A DNA stretch of 64,000 bases, from NCBI GenBank assembly GCA_002269645.1, contig NIVC01001362.1, positions 62,001 through 126,000 of the forward strand, read 5' to 3'. The translations under genes were made by a program, and so were the position numbers. A model generated the notes under the pieces. The model worked only from the letters and a program-made list of their open reading frames with translations. It searched no databases and had not been told where the DNA came from. Below, one piece after another: positions 1-13,580 of the stretch; the stretch's first letter is position 1; every line of letters starts with the position of its first letter. The DNA is from Macrostomum lignano (lineage: Eukaryota).

Positions 1-419
<419 letters not shown>

Positions 420-626
420 GAATTACATTCGCTTGTTCAGTTAATGAGGGCAACACTGTAAAGTCCATGGCTCATGCTTTATTTTTACTTGGTGATGGCC
501 CATAAAACTGAGTAGAGCATAAATCAAAATGAAAGTTATAACCTGCTTTACCGGTAATTAGTACCTGTGCTTTGCCAGAGCCAGCTTCCAGCTTTTCACT
601 TATCCCCATTTCGTGGCATTTCGCAG

Positions 627-725
627 GGCACCAACCACAGCATGGAGGCGGCCCAGATCATGGACATGATCGACGAGGTGGATCTCAACAGGAATGGGCG
701 CATTGAAATGTCGGAATTCCTTCAG
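627..725 (+). CDS. GPD2: Mitochondrial glycerol-3-phosphate dehydrogenase, penultimate exon (EF-hand)
   Basis: cag|GGC acceptor at 626/627 and CAG|gtttgt donor at 725/726. The 33 codons read GTNHSMEAAQIMDMIDEVDLNRNGRIEMSEFLQ, matching the GPD2 C-terminal EF-hand (EVDLNKNGQVELNEFLQ). Confidence 0.85.
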
Positions 726-889
726 GTTTGTTTGTTACTGGCTCTTAGAGCTGTTGCTGACAGACTGATCTTTATATCTAGTTAGACAATTGTCTAACAA
801 GCGAATGTCAATTGTGTTTACTTTTGGTCTCAGTCACCTGATCTTGCCTGGCGCTATGCTAGCTCACCTGGATTTCTCCCTCTATGTTT

Positions 890-1965
890 GCTCTCTCTAC
901 CCTCTGCATACCCTCTCCCCACCCTCTTCCCACCCTCTGCCTACCGTCTCCCCACCCTCTGCCTACCCTCTGCCTACCCTCTGCCTACCCTCTGCCTACC
1001 CTCTGCCTACCCTCTGCCTACTCTCTGCATAACCTATCCCCACCCTCTGCCTACCGTCTCCCCACCCTCTGCCTACCCTCTGCCTACCCTCTGCCCACCC
1101 TCTGCCTACCCTCTGCCTACCCTCTGCCTACCCTCTGCCTACTCTCTGCATAACCTATCCCCACCCTCTGCCTACCGTCTCCCCACCCTCTGCCTACCCT
1201 CTGCCTACCCTCTGCCCACCCTCTGCCTACCCTCTGCCCACCCTCTGCCTACCCTCTGCCTACCCTCTGCCTACCCTCTGTATACTCTCTGCATAACCTA
1301 TCCCCACCCTCTGCCTACCGTCTCCCCACCCTCTGCCTACCCTCTGCCTACCCTCTGCCCACCCTCTGCCTACCCTCTGCCTACCCTCTGCCTACCCTCT
1401 GCCCACCATCTGCCTACCCTCTCCCCACCCTCTGCCTACCGTCTCCCCACCCTCTGCCTACCCTCTGCCTACCCTCTGCCCACCCTCTGCCTACCCTCTG
1501 CCCACCATCTGCCTACCCTCTCCCCACCCTCTGCCTACCGTCTCCCCACCCTCTGCCTACCCTCTGCCTACCCTCTGCCCACCCTCTGCCTACCCTCTGC
1601 CCACCATCTGCCTACCCTCTCCCCACCCTCTGCCTACCGTCTCCCCACCCTCTGCCTACCCTCTGCCTACCCTCTGCCCACCCTCTGCCTACCCTCTGCC
1701 CACCATCTGCCTACCCTCTCCCCACCCTCTGCCTACCCTCTGCCTACCCTCTGCTTACCCTCTCACCACCCTCTCCCCACCCTCTACACTCTCCCTACAC
1801 CCTCTCCCACCCTCTACACTCTCCCTACACCCTCTCCCACCCTCTACACTCTCCCTACACCCTCTCCCTACCCTTAACACTCCCTACATCCTCTCCCCAC
1901 CCTCTCCTCACTCTCTCTCTTCACCCTCTACACTCCCTCACTCTACACCCACTGCGCCTCATCCC
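890..1965. repeat. Pyrimidine-rich 11-bp-based minisatellite (CCTCTGCCTAC) in the last GPD2 intron
   Basis: Tandem CCTCTGCCTAC/CCTCTGCCCAC units degenerating towards the 3' end. They produce the spurious PSAYPLPTLCL ORFs. Confidence 0.95.
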
Positions 1966-2015
1966 CACTCTGCACCCTCTTCAATGGTCTCCCTCTCTGC
2001 CGCCCCCTCCTGCAG

Positions 2016-2138
2016 TTCATGTCGGCTGCCAAAAGCGGCACAGTTGGCTCCTCGCGATTCAAACACGTGCTAGACCGCACCAGCCACAGCGACAAGGATC
2101 ACGTGATCTCCGTGGATCGATCTGGAGGTGGAGTTTAA
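2016..2138 (+). CDS. GPD2: GPD2 terminal exon
   Basis: tgcag|TTC acceptor, phase 0 with the previous exon. FMSAAKSGTVGSSRFKHVLDRTSHSDKDHVISVDRSGGGV* ends in the VDRSxGG motif characteristic of the GPD2 C-terminus. Confidence 0.88.
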   Translation, partial: FMSAAKSGTVGSSRFKHVLDRTSHSDKDHVISVDRSGGGV

Positions 2139-2865
2139 TTCTATGGTCAATTTTTACACATTCAGGCCTTCAAAAACTCGTCGAACCCATAGTTCTTAAA
2201 AAATCGTATTAACCATGCTTAATTTATTCGACTTTGCTTATTTCAGTTTTAACCTGTTCACACCTGTGAATTATATTGCTTACTCTGCTAATTTTTGCCT
2301 ATATATGCCAAACATCCTACTTTTACGACGCCTCATTTGTTAGTAGTATAGTAGCTGTATGAAATAAAATATAGGATATATTTATTAATGATTTTGAATA
2401 ATAATTTTAACAAAAAATTCTGTGATTATTGATTCCTGATTAAATAGTTTTTTTAAATAAAATTATTGTCGTTAATTAATGACATCATCTACAGTTCAAC
2501 TAAAAAGTTTGCATTCTGGATTGGCTCTGGAATTCTGAGTATTTAATTTGTTCTTGTCAATGCCCCATGTTTCTCCCTCATATAATGATAGTGTATTTCA
2601 ATATTTTAAACAAATTTAGCGCATGAGATTGTGTCGTGTTTGTAACTGCTTAGGTGATTTCTAGTAAAAATTGCATATTTTTTTGTTTAACTCATAAACA
2701 TTAATACAACGTATCATTGAAAATACAAGTAAGATAAAAGCACTACTCTGGATTTTTAAAAAATAATAATGTCCATTGAATTTATAAAATAGATTCTTAT
2801 GAAAATATTAGCATATACTGTTTTGTTCTTTTTTGTTTGTTTTAAACAGAATATCAAAATCATGG

Positions 2866-3436
2866 GATATAGATTAGCAATCCATTCTGTTCCATTATCA
2901 ATGGTGATATAGATTAGCAATCCATTCTGTTCCATTATCAAATGGTGATATAGATTAGCAATCCATTCTGTTCCATTATCAATGGTGATATAGATTAGCA
3001 ATCCATTCTGTTCCATTATCAATGGTGATATAGATTAGCAATCCATTCTGTTCCATTATCAATGGTGATATAGATTAGCAATCCATTCTGTTCCATTATC
3101 AAATGGTGATATAGATTAGCAATCCATTCTGTTCCATTATCAATGGTGATATAGATTAGCAATCCATTCTGTTCCATTATCAATGGTGATATAGATTAGC
3201 AATCCATTCTGTTCCATTATCAATGGTGATATAGATTAGCAATCCATTCTGTTCCATTATCAATGGTGATATAGATTAGCAATCCATTCTGTTCCATTAT
3301 CAATGGTGATATAGATTAGCAATCCATTCTGTTCCATTATCAATGGTGATATAGATTAGCAATCCATTCTGTTCCATTATCAAATGGTGATATAGATTAG
3401 CAATCCATTCTGTTCCATTATCAAATGGTGATATAG
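2866..3436. repeat. 40-bp minisatellite (~14 copies) between GPD2 and caveolin
   Basis: Unit GATATAGATTAGCAATCCATTCTGTTCCATTATCAATGGT; some copies are 41 bp. Confidence 0.97.
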
Positions 3437-3896
3437 GTAATTATTCGCCAAATTTGAGACTTGACAATTCAGAAAGAACTGACATCAAACAACAGGTGTA
3501 TTTAACCGATATCTATCAGTATTACTGTTCTAAAAAAGCTTAGAAAATTGAAATAAATTGTTTAGATTTTTCTGTTTATGACTAGGATTTAGCCATATTA
3601 CAATTTTTGCTGGTGAGGCGTTGCCTAGAAAAAAAGAAAAATTATCAAATAGCACTTGAAATTGTCCTCACTTTTGTGTCGACACAAGCAAATAAAACAG
3701 ATTTCTAAGAAAAGTTATTTCGATTTTTTAGAATATCCCAGGTTCCTTGCTGATATTATTTTTAAAAAAGCTGTTCTACACTTAAATTTGATTTGTTTAC
3801 TTATAACAAAACATTATTGTCTGGGTCGTTTTCGAACGTTTATTCTTAGCATCCAAGGTAAACTTCTCTCCGTTGGCATGCTGTTGTCATGGCAAC

Positions 3897-4424
3897 TTAG
3901 CCAGCCACCTGAGTCAGCCGCATCTTGGACAGGAAGAGGCCGCATGTCTCGCAGCACGGGCCGAGGCAGCAGTCAACGATAGACTTGGAGTACCTGCGCA
4001 TGCAGGCCATGTTGATCTCCCAGACCTTGAAAGATGGCGTGATGCACCAGATGTGCTCCATCGCCACCCAGGCGAACACGCAGCCCCAGTACAGGGCGAT
4101 GAAGATGCCGCAGAACAGGGTGCACACCTTGTACAGGCAGTTCTTGCCGCAGTTGAAACAGCTGTACGAGTTGCGCCACACGCAGTCCATGCTGTGGATG
4201 CCGTCGGGTTCTCCGAGGACATCCTCGAACTTGGTCTGGAATTGGACGCGCAATTTTGGTCAAGGAAAACCAGGAGGATGTTTTAGTTTGGTCCAAAACA
4301 TGCTGGGATAAAAAGTCAAACTTGTCAATTATCCATTTTGCTTGCAAATCTACCATCTTACCGACAGATGCCCGTTCAGGGAGTTGGGATCCCTGTTCTC
4401 CATGTCGAGATCGGTGCTAGTCAT
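3897..4424 (-). CDS. CAV: Caveolin family protein, 134 aa, two exons (4424-4362 and 4235-3897)
   Basis: Exon 1 MTSTDLDMENRDPNSLNGHLS contains the caveolin NRDP motif and a TCG|gtaaga donor. Exon 2 follows a ccag| acceptor and reads TKFEDVLGEPDGIHSMDCVW (signature FEDVIAEP-like), then a hydrophobic hairpin segment. There is an in-frame stop upstream of the ATG. Confidence 0.93.
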
Positions 4425-7400
4425 GATCGATTTATGGCGATCCTTGCTTTACGGAAGTTGAGCTTATTTTGCGATCTGTGCGAAAATGGGAGAATGTATC
4501 TGGAGTCGCTCCTCATATACTCTCGATGTTTTTTATCCTGTGCAATCGGTTGCCAAGGTGCGGACAGCCGCGTTGCTGCATCATCTCTTTCGGTTGCCAA
4601 GGGCTCCAGCTAGGCATCTGTCGTGTATATTGTGCGCGCGTCCATCTGAGAACTGGCGTTGCTTCCTGTGGCGAGGGGCAGACCTTTTGGCTGTGGCTTT
4701 TATGTGTGGCTTTAGCAGCAGCACAAAGAAATTGTGCTCAGTGGATCCTATATGCCCTCTGTGTATGCGGTCGCTTCCTGTCGCAGGAGTTGCTGCTTGA
4801 GAACTCCCTATTGTGCGTCTAGGAAGGATCGGGAGGTCTCCTGCCTTTGCGCTTGGCTTTAGCTGGGCTTTATTAAATGAAAATAGGACTCATAAGCTCG
4901 TAGCTGCTATAGAAATGATTGAAGCTGTTTTGACTTTTAAAATATGCTTCAACTATGCGATTTTAGCGTCTTAGGCAATTATTTATATAAGCTGTGCTCA
5001 ATTATGAGTACAATAATTATCAATAATTACTTTATATAGTCTCGAACAGTTTATCTGCCAACCAGGGCAAGATCTAGTTTGTAATCGTATCAAATCTCCA
5101 AGATTCACGTATAAATTTACAAAAATCAATTGAGAAATCTGAGAAAAGGCTGCTCCAAAATCACCAGGACATTCTTGAAAAACATTGATCAGGTTTTAAG
5201 ATTCTCTTCAACAGCTGTTCATATCCTACCTTGATGAGTCGCCGCGTATGTAATGTCTTGCGATAGACCACCTTGCTTATTCTTTTCATGCTTATACCTA
5301 CCTGCTTATATAGCTACTAACAGTAGACAAATCGGTATTTTTGCCGATTTTTAAACTCAGTGCAGCTGTGGGGTGTAATGTTATTAATATTCTATTTAGT
5401 TAACGCACTCGTGACAAATTAAGGACTAGTTGATTTCTGAAAAAGCTTGAGTGAGTGACCTCTTTCGAGTCCACCTGAGATAGCGTTTTTACGAACGAAG
5501 CTGCGATGATTCGTAGGTGAAAATTTGAGCTGAAAATAGGCTCTGGCCTGGAATATTTTCTCTTCTCCGTGTCTTGCAGTATCTCCTGGCTAAATCTGAA
5601 AATCGCCCCTAAAAAGCTCCCTGCCGTCACCCCAAAACCCGATGACTCTTATCCATAAAGCTGCAGTTTCCGAAGTTATAGATTGAAAATTTGGGGGTTC
5701 ACCTCTTGAATTGTGATGCTGCAACCATATCTGCGCGTGACGGGACATATGGCCTGTCATCGGTATTTAGATCCTATCGAAAACGAAGTAACTCGATACT
5801 TTAAAACGACTCTCTTGATGTAGCATGCGGTGCAACGAAATCAAGTGTCTGTACTTCTACGAGTATTGCATGTGGCGATTTCTTGACATGCAGGCATAAT
5901 CTTCGGCTTGATGAATGGCGTGTCTATTTTTTTATTGAATTTACGAGTAAGCCACGCCTTCTCTTGCAGGCAGACATTGTCGTGTTGTACGAGTAAAAGG
6001 ATCAATTTAGGATTTTCAACTGGCGTGGATTGAAGTGGATTACAGATACACGTGTGTCCAGCAGCTTAGCAGTATAGAAACACCAAGCCATTTTTCCGCC
6101 CGTCGAACTACATGTACGAATACCAAAGGAAAATCCCCCTGACAATTTTTTACTCAGCCAGAATGAAGCAACGAAGGCACACGAAATAAAAGAACACGGG
6201 CTAACTTTTGTTGTTATGAACCTTCTCAAGCAAGCATGAATTTTCGCTCGCCAGTCTCCTGACCGTCAAGATATTCAACGATTCTGCCAGAAGGTCGGAT
6301 TATTCCAATAAGCGACAGTGTATTCAGTACACCCCTGTGCGCCAATCAGCACTGCGCCTCAGTGCAGCCTTGCCAAGCCTCCAAATTTCATCAACACTTC
6401 GACAACGTGTGTCTGCATCAGCTCTGACTTTTTTGGTTCTTTTGCCCAGACGGAGCTACTGAACATTCAACAGGTGGCAACAGGTGACTATGGACACCCG
6501 TTGCGAATTTCTCTACTTTTACTGATCAAACCTCGACAGTGGGCAAGCCTCAGCTGCCTGACATCCTGTGTACATGTGCACATGCCTATCGATAAATAAA
6601 AGTTAGGGTCGCTGTACACTCCTGTGCGAGTGTGTGCCTGTGCGTATCCGCGCGCTTGTGTGCCTGCTCAGGGGAGTCATGCCTCTCGCCGGATGTGTGA
6701 CTGTTGCTTAAGTGCGCCCAAGTGCACAGAGCCCCTGTCTTTAATAAATAATAAAAAGCTAGTATACTGCAGTCAAACAAGAGTGTACAGTGCCCCTGTC
6801 TTTCATCGTCAAGCATGTACACAACACTCTGTGCCGTAAATTTCGACCTTCCATGAGCGTTCATCGAACGACGAACCTGGCCGTATGCTGATTTTAATGC
6901 TTAAAACAAAAATTATAATACCCGAGAACCGTCTTTGTTGTAACTGCGAACTCATATGCTGGAGATGTTTTCGCACAGTTAATTAATAGTCTCTAGTTGG
7001 TTAAGAGACTCTACCTTGTTCCAACGCTATAGCGGGACTTTCCGAATTAGGAGTCTTTAAGCATTGATTCATCTTTCACATGCATTAATAACCATAAATG
7101 TGACTGTAAGCCAGATTTCCAGCTCAAGTCAGATAAGGCTAAAAATAGATTTTCGATAAGACATTTAGCCAACTAAGAAGATATCTACGTTTACGTACGA
7201 TGAACGTGACTCTGTGACCTGTAGTCACATTTGTGCTGCCAGGCTAGGTACATGCTTTGAATAGAGATGGCGAATGCTGAAGAAAACTGATTCTATTATT
7301 AGTCGCCGTGCTGTAGAGACAGGAAAATTCTAGTCTTGGCTTTACCAGATCCTGTTCTGAGCGGTTTTCTGTCTCATGAGCGCTAGGTATGATGGATGGA

Positions 7401-7943
7401 AGATTCTCTGTTTTAGGTATAAAGTGTTCTGGAACTGTGTGGAAACTTCCTGCCATTGTGTAGAATGTGCGTAGGCAATTAGTGCGTAAATGCCTGCCGG
7501 CTGCATACTGTACATGCATGCTAATTAAGCGATAGTGCTATAGACAATAGGTACTCTCTGCATGAGAGCTTTCTAGATTTTTCTCTGGCCATATATGGGT
7601 TAACAGAATATTAATTATGGGTGGGCGTACACAGTACATACTGCAGTAGTTAAACTAAATTGCACTACCGTTTTTCAGCTTTCGTTTTATTTTTTTTTTT
7701 AAACAGCGTGAAAAAGCAGCTCGGCAGCCATGCAGAACAGAAATATTGAAAGAACATAACAAAGGATGATAGTAAACATAGCTGGAATGGAGTACGGAGG
7801 TGCATTACAAGGCTACAGTTGAACTCGTACGATTTTTTTACAGAAAGCTCACACAGACACACGTAAAAATGCACCGACAAGTTTATCAAAAACAAGGTCA
7901 AAAGTTCAGTTTTGTTGATAGTCTTTCACATTTCAAATTAAAA

Positions 7944-8594
7944 TTATCGACCCAATCCAAAGAAGGCCCTCAGTCTGCTGACACCTGTGCCGCAGTTCGA
8001 GGTACCCGACGAGCGCTGCTGCTCAAGCCCGGTTGCCACGGACAGCGGCATGTAGTGCTCAAACTGGTTGTCAGTTTTCACGTAGAGAGCCACAGCCAGG
8101 GTGCCCCGGCCGTAGTACCTGCGCAGCAGTTGGCGCCGGCGCTCGGTCAGCTGGAAGGTCGAGCTTGAAGCTCCGCCGCGGTGCCCGGCTTCGAAGACGC
8201 GATAGGCGTCAACTCTACCAGATGTCAAACGGAACACGGCAACCAACTCGTAAGCTGATTGATCAGACACTTTTCGCCGGTACCTGACTTCCAGCTCGGC
8301 AGCCTCAGACTCCGACATCTGCTTCGGCGGCTTCATCGGCTCTTCTCCGTTGTTCCTCTGCTGTTGCTTCTGTTGCTGGCTGCTCCTCCTTGCCAGTCGA
8401 CGGTGGATCAGCGGCCAGGGATCCTCGGAGCTGGATGCCGGTCCGCAGCTGCCAAACGAGCCGCGAGAGCTCAGATCCCACGAGGTGGCGCCGCTGGGCC
8501 GCTGAACGTCGAACTGGTAGGGCAGGCTGCACCGCCTGTGATGGTGCTGACGAAGATTGCGGCTTAGCAGACTTTTCTGGTTGCCTGAGGGCAT
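7944..8594 (-). CDS. Intronless ORF of unknown function, 216 aa
   Basis: ATG-to-stop GC-rich ORF with a disordered Q/S-rich N-half and a predicted alpha/beta C-half (YELVAVFRL...LAVALYVKT). A TATA box and a CCAAT box lie upstream. No family recognised. Confidence 0.65.
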   Translation of the reverse strand: MPSGNQKSLLSRNLRQHHHRRCSLPYQFDVQRPSGATSWDLSSRGSFGSCGPASSSEDPWPLIHRRLARRSSQQQKQQQRNNGEEPMKPPKQMSESEAAELEVRYRRKVSDQSAYELVAVFRLTSGRVDAYRVFEAGHRGGASSSTFQLTERRRQLLRRYYGRGTLAVALYVKTDNQFEHYMPLSVATGLEQQRSSGTSNCGTGVSRLRAFFGLGR

Positions 8595-8659
8595 GATTGG
8601 TCTGTCTGTGTTTGATGTAGCTTGTCTGATGAGTGCTTCGATTGCTGCATCATTTTCAG

Positions 8660-8694
8660 TATTTATAGACCCGGGAGCCCGGCGCAGTCATTGG
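8660..8694 (-). promoter_or_regulatory. TATA box (TATAAATA, 8667-8660) and CCAAT box (8694-8690) of the orphan ORF
   Basis: The + strand shows tatttata at 8660-8667 and attgg at 8690-8694, about 66 and 96 nt upstream of the ATG at 8594. Confidence 0.55.
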
Positions 8695-9113
8695 CTGCAG
8701 CAGACTTTATTTTTCCACTGTCGGGGAAGCAACGCGTCTTGTTGGCCGGGATTCTCCCTGCACTGAGCCAGGGAGTTCTAGAAAGAGAATCTGGACTGGA
8801 ATGACTCCGGGAAATGGAAGTTGTACTTCTCACACCTGCAACGACACAATTCCGTGTGAATCAAAATTCATTTGGGGGCTGTTGTATGAATTTTGTCCGG
8901 GAGACACTGTTGTGCGATCCACACCCAGGGAGGGCTGGCCCAGGGAGGGACAGCTGAGAGTGTACATGCTTGACGATCAGAAAGTCAAAGGGCTGCTGTA
9001 CACTGTGTGAGCGTGTGGGCGTGCCTGCATATACAGTATTGGCGCGCTTGAATGTGCTTAGCTACTGTAGGATTCAGCGGAATGGGCAGATCTTTATGGA
9101 CGCTGAAAGTTGT

Positions 9114-9237
9114 ACACTAAGACACTTGGAGAAACTAAGACACTTGGACACTAAGACACTTGGACACTAAGACACTTGGAGAAACTAAGACACTTGGACA
9201 CTAACACACTTGGACACTAAGACACTTAGATACTAAG
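9114..9237. repeat. Short 16/18-bp tandem repeat (GACACTTGGACACTAA)
   Basis: About 7-8 units are visible. Confidence 0.85.
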
Positions 9238-10259
9238 AAAAAAATTAATTTTTTTCAAAGCCTCACTTTTCTATCCAAATATTTACCTTCAAGCGTCCAT
9301 GGCTTTACAGTTCCCTGATTGGGGAAGGGGCGCCTCGTTTACCTCGGCAACAAGAATTCAACGCCCATCTACTTGTACAATAATTCTACCCGAGCAACCC
9401 CGCCTTCTCAATTCCCAAAATTAGAGTCTTCATATAGCCAGTCAACTCCCAAAAGCCTTGTCTGACGCCATGTGCGGCCTCCTCCATCCTCATGGTTGCT
9501 TATTAAGGAAACATAGATGGAAGGAGCTTTAGAAGGAATTGGAGAGAGTCGGAGTGCCTGGGTGTCTGCTTGTCTACAACACTCCAGCTGTCACTCTTCG
9601 CGTAATCCCTCTTCCTTCCCCAATTCTACTGCAGTAGCCACCGAGTCACTTCCACTTCCCCAACAAATTGACCGATAATCTAGAAAGCCTTCTAATTCTT
9701 ACCTAACCGGTTCTTAATACCGCGGGAAGCATGCACGCGGGAAGGAAATCAACCATATATGGCTTACTACTGAGGCAATGACTACCCGCAGGTGAAGAGT
9801 GGGATGGAATGATATAAAACTACACACTTGGTAGTACAATCAACGATGAGTCATCGACAGTTCAAGTCTATCCCGCAACTCGTGTAGCACCTTGCTTGGG
9901 GAGGGCGTTTACGGATTGCACTCGTTGACCTCGATGCAAGCTCCACATTTTATTTAGAGCTAGTATAATTTTTTGTTAAGCTAAGTTGCAAAGGGGGGGC
10001 ATTTTACCAGCTCATTTTACAAGCTCACAAGCAACATTTTACAAGAAACACAAATCCACGCAAAAATAGGCTTCAATGGACGGCGGAATGAACATGATTG
10101 CGGCCTTGAAAAGTCATCTACAAAATTGAAGCATCATTTAGAAGCAATTTTAGCCAATTCTGCGAAAGCCGCATGTGCAAAAATGATTTCGCTGATTGAT
10201 TGGTGTTTAAACGGTAGAGCTTTTTGGGAATTGTGTATCGTGGTAGTAGCTAAGGCTTC

Positions 10260-10740
10260 TTGAGTAATGAGGTGGCGTGGGTGCTTGAAGTTTTCTGGGT
10301 CAGTGGTCGACACCGCGATCTTGCTGCAATTAGTATGCAAACTCTAAGACAATTCGGTCCGTCCGGGAACGAACCATTGTGACCCTCTCGGTCATCGCCA
10401 CCTCCAAGTGAATATCGGCAGTGAGGAACGCTCATTCTGCTTCTCCAGTGTTGAGAACGCGGAGCACTTCATCTGGGACTGCCCCACTATTACTCGTGTG
10501 AAGGTCTTTTTTCTTTTGCTTTGCTTTGAACGCAAAATTAATCAATTAAATTTTTCAGGGCAGCATGGCAAGACCTTCACCCATCGGCTGCAGCTAACTC
10601 CCACACACCTTTACTATATACTATAATAGTTTCGCAGTCATTCAATTCCTTCTCGTTGGGCTTCGTGTAGGATTCTTGCACCTGCTCACAAAGGACGTTG
10701 CAATTCCCATCCATTGGTGTGCGACTGCAATCAAATAATT
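10260..10740 (+). mobile_element. Decayed 3' end of a non-LTR retrotransposon (C-terminal zinc-knuckle region)
   Basis: One frame reads LGHRHLQVNIGSEERSFCFSSVENAEHFIWDCP, resembling the LINE TGH...CxxC...ETxEHxxxxCP motif. Boundaries are approximate. Confidence 0.5.
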
Positions 10741-11859
10741 TTCAAAGTGTTATGATTCACCCATATTTGGTAGGATCTGGAAATCTGTTTGCAAGATACT
10801 ATATCCAGGGAGAAAATCTGCTAAGGGCAATATTTTTGCTATAGCTTTGTGATAATTGGTATTAAAGGTCTGGAGCTTAAGGAGAGTACTTATAAGTAGG
10901 ACGATGGGAAACTATACATGTAGGTTTCTTGAAAAATTTTAGGAGATGTAGCTGTTCTTCCAAAAATGCATTACACTGTAGATACGGTTTTCATTTTTTT
11001 CATTACAAAAATTGTTATTGCTTTTAATTTGAGACAGAGACCCAATGTTCATCTTTTGATTTGTTTTGCCTTTCCTGTAGCTCTGTTGATACAGTGTGTA
11101 TTCATAGAGATTCCCGTTTCCAAAATTAGGATTGTATGTTAATTTTACACATGCGTATATTACGTACAATCGTACACGTCCTAATGCCTAAAAACCATAA
11201 AGTAGCACGGCTTGGCTCGGCTCACATAAAGCCAATGAGAGTGGAGCTGTGCCATTAATTTTTATGATTTTCACGTACGTCTGTATATAATTACGTAGGT
11301 TATTAGGCACAGTTGCGTAAGGATATATAATTAACATGGAATTATACTAATATACGAAAGCTATATATGAATAGCGAGCTATGACTCTACGAGTACTTGA
11401 GTACGTACGTGAAGTCCTTGGTCAGGTCTGGAGATTCAGGCGGAGAAGGTGTGTACAAGGACTACTTAACTGGACTACTTTTTTGGTTAAAAAGTATAAA
11501 ATTCCTATCTCGCTAATGCATTTTTCGTCGAAAATCGGCCTTCAACTATTTTCCACGAATCGTGAGTTTTACGTCCTCTTATATGCTAGTGGTCCTTGGG
11601 TGTGTAGCGGCAGGAATAAAGGATTGGAGGACTTATGATGGGTGTGCAACAAAATGAATATGGTTGCAGCGATTTCTCTTTAAAACAAAATTCTCAAATA
11701 AGGACGAGATTTGCAGCATGCTCGATCTGTGAAAAATTGTTTTTACGTAATAAAAACTCGAAAGCGGTCTTCGAAAGAAAACCGGCCACCCGCGGGCGAC
11801 GCTGAAGACGCCTTTGAGCGCCTTCTAGATTAGCGGCAGTTGGCCGCTGTCGACGACGG

Positions 11860-13580
11860 CGTCAGTTTCATCATTGCAGCCGCGGTCCCGACGTGTGGAC
11901 GGCCGTTCGGACTCTGACGAGGCGCAAAAAGCGCGTGGCGCTGAACCTGGCCGGCGACGACCCGGAGGAGCGCCGGAATGAATTGCGCGACTTCTTCGCC
12001 GGCATCGTGAACGCGCCCGCGTCGCCGCTGCTTGGTTTTACACTCCCACCGGACTCGCCGCTCCCAGCTGAGGAGGACTTCTGCACCAGACCAGTCACCA
12101 CGGAGGACGTTGTGCTGTTCGCTCGGAAAACATCAGGCAGCAAGGCGCTCGGCCCCGACGAAGTTCCGGTCGAAGCGCTGCGGGTTCCGCTGTGTGGCCT
12201 CCCAGGTGCTCGCCGGCGCCTCTGCGCGCCCACCGAGTGGACCGTCGCGCATATTGTGCCGATCCCGAAGAAGGTAGGGACAACGCAGAAAGAAGACCAC
12301 CGCGAGATCTCGCTGATGTCCTGCACCGCGAAGCTCTTCAACCGGTTGCTGCTCGATCGTCTGCAGTCGGTGCTTGACCCGTACCTGCGGTACGAGCAGA
12401 ACGGATTCCGGCCCCAACGCGGTACAGTGACAGATCCTCGCACTCCACCGGGCCATCAACGCGCATCCGCCAGTATACGCTGATCATTGTCTTCGTTGAT
12501 TTTCGAAAGGCGTTTGACTCGGTGCTGAGAGCCGCGCTTCCCTTCGTCCTTCGAGCCTACCGGGTCCCGCAGCTAATCGACGCTGTCATGGCGCTGTATT
12601 GCGACACCCGAGCTGCTGTGGTGACGGCGGACGGCCTGTCTGACCTGTTCGACACTTCCTCAGGAGTTCTGCAGGGCGACACGCTAGCGCCGTTCCTCTT
12701 CGTGCTGCTGCTGGACTAGGTGCTTCAGACCGCACTCCCTTCAGCTGACGACGGCTTTCTGCTGCGCAGACACATCGGTCGCCGTCACGGCGAAAAGCGC
12801 CTGAGCGTGCTTGGCTACGCCAACGACCTTGCCCTCCTGTCCTCGTCCGTCCAGCCCAGCGCCAGCGCCAGATCGACAGTCTGGTCGAGGTAGCATTGAG
12901 CGTCAACACGCTGAAGACCGAGATGCTGACTGTGTGCTGGCCGACATCCCAGCGGACCTGACGTGCAGACGGGCAGACGACCAAGCTCGGTGTTACCTCG
13001 ATTACGCTGCTCGGCGATCTGGTACCTCACGTGGAGGAATACCTCCGGCGGCGCAGATGACTTGCCTGGGTGGCCTTCCGGCCGTTCTCCAGTCCGAAGA
13101 GCTGCCCCGACCGCCAGAGGGCTCTCGGCTGTGGCTAGCGGTGGTCGAGACCGTCCTGCACGCCGAGACGTGGACGCTGACCGCGGTTACGCTGGAGTGG
13201 CAGCTGGGCTCGGCGCACTCAGGGCTGCTCCGTGCGGTCTTTCGAGCTGACGAGAGCGCGTCGGGACCGCGAGGCCCTGTACGATCGGGCCTAAGCTGCA
13301 GCGCCCGTCCATCATCCAGCTGTGCCGCGGCGGCGTATTCAACTGGCGGGCCACGTGATTCGGACCGAAAGCTACTGCCCCAACCTGTTCAGGACCTCCT
13401 GCTGCTTACCTTGCAGTGTCCAATATGGCAGGGTCAGACCCAAACCCGTCGACACTACATGTACGTGCATGGACAGCTAGCCGATCTCCTACACGACGCC
13501 CGACACTACCAACATCGCGGACTTCGTCCGCTCTAAGGCTCTGCTGCGCGAAATGCATCTGACGAACCTTGATTTGTGAC
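11860..13580 (+). mobile_element. Decayed RTE-like LINE reverse-transcriptase fragment
   Basis: RT motifs occur across shifting frames: AHIVPIPKK, REISLMSCTAKLFNRLL, EQNGFRP, IVFVDFRKAFDSV, SGVLQGDTLAPFLF, and GYAND (YADD mutated). An in-frame stop near 12717 and frameshifts are present. Confidence 0.9.

Noticed and set aside
888-1877. 329-aa Pro/Leu-rich ORF and overlapping ORFs
   Set aside because: Translation of an intronic 11-bp repeat between two GPD2 exons.
4440-4830. Cys-rich ORFs upstream of caveolin (4469-4822, 4486-4800)
   Set aside because: No recognisable domain; more likely the caveolin 5' or promoter region (it includes a twice-repeated TCGGTTGCCAAGG motif of unknown meaning).
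5400-6300. Possible transposon remnant
   Set aside because: No TIR, TSD or protein motif could be established by eye.
8620-8650. Hammerhead ribozyme core (CTGATGAG)
   Set aside because: No matching GAAA and stem arrangement nearby; the same applies to other CTGATGA hits inspected.
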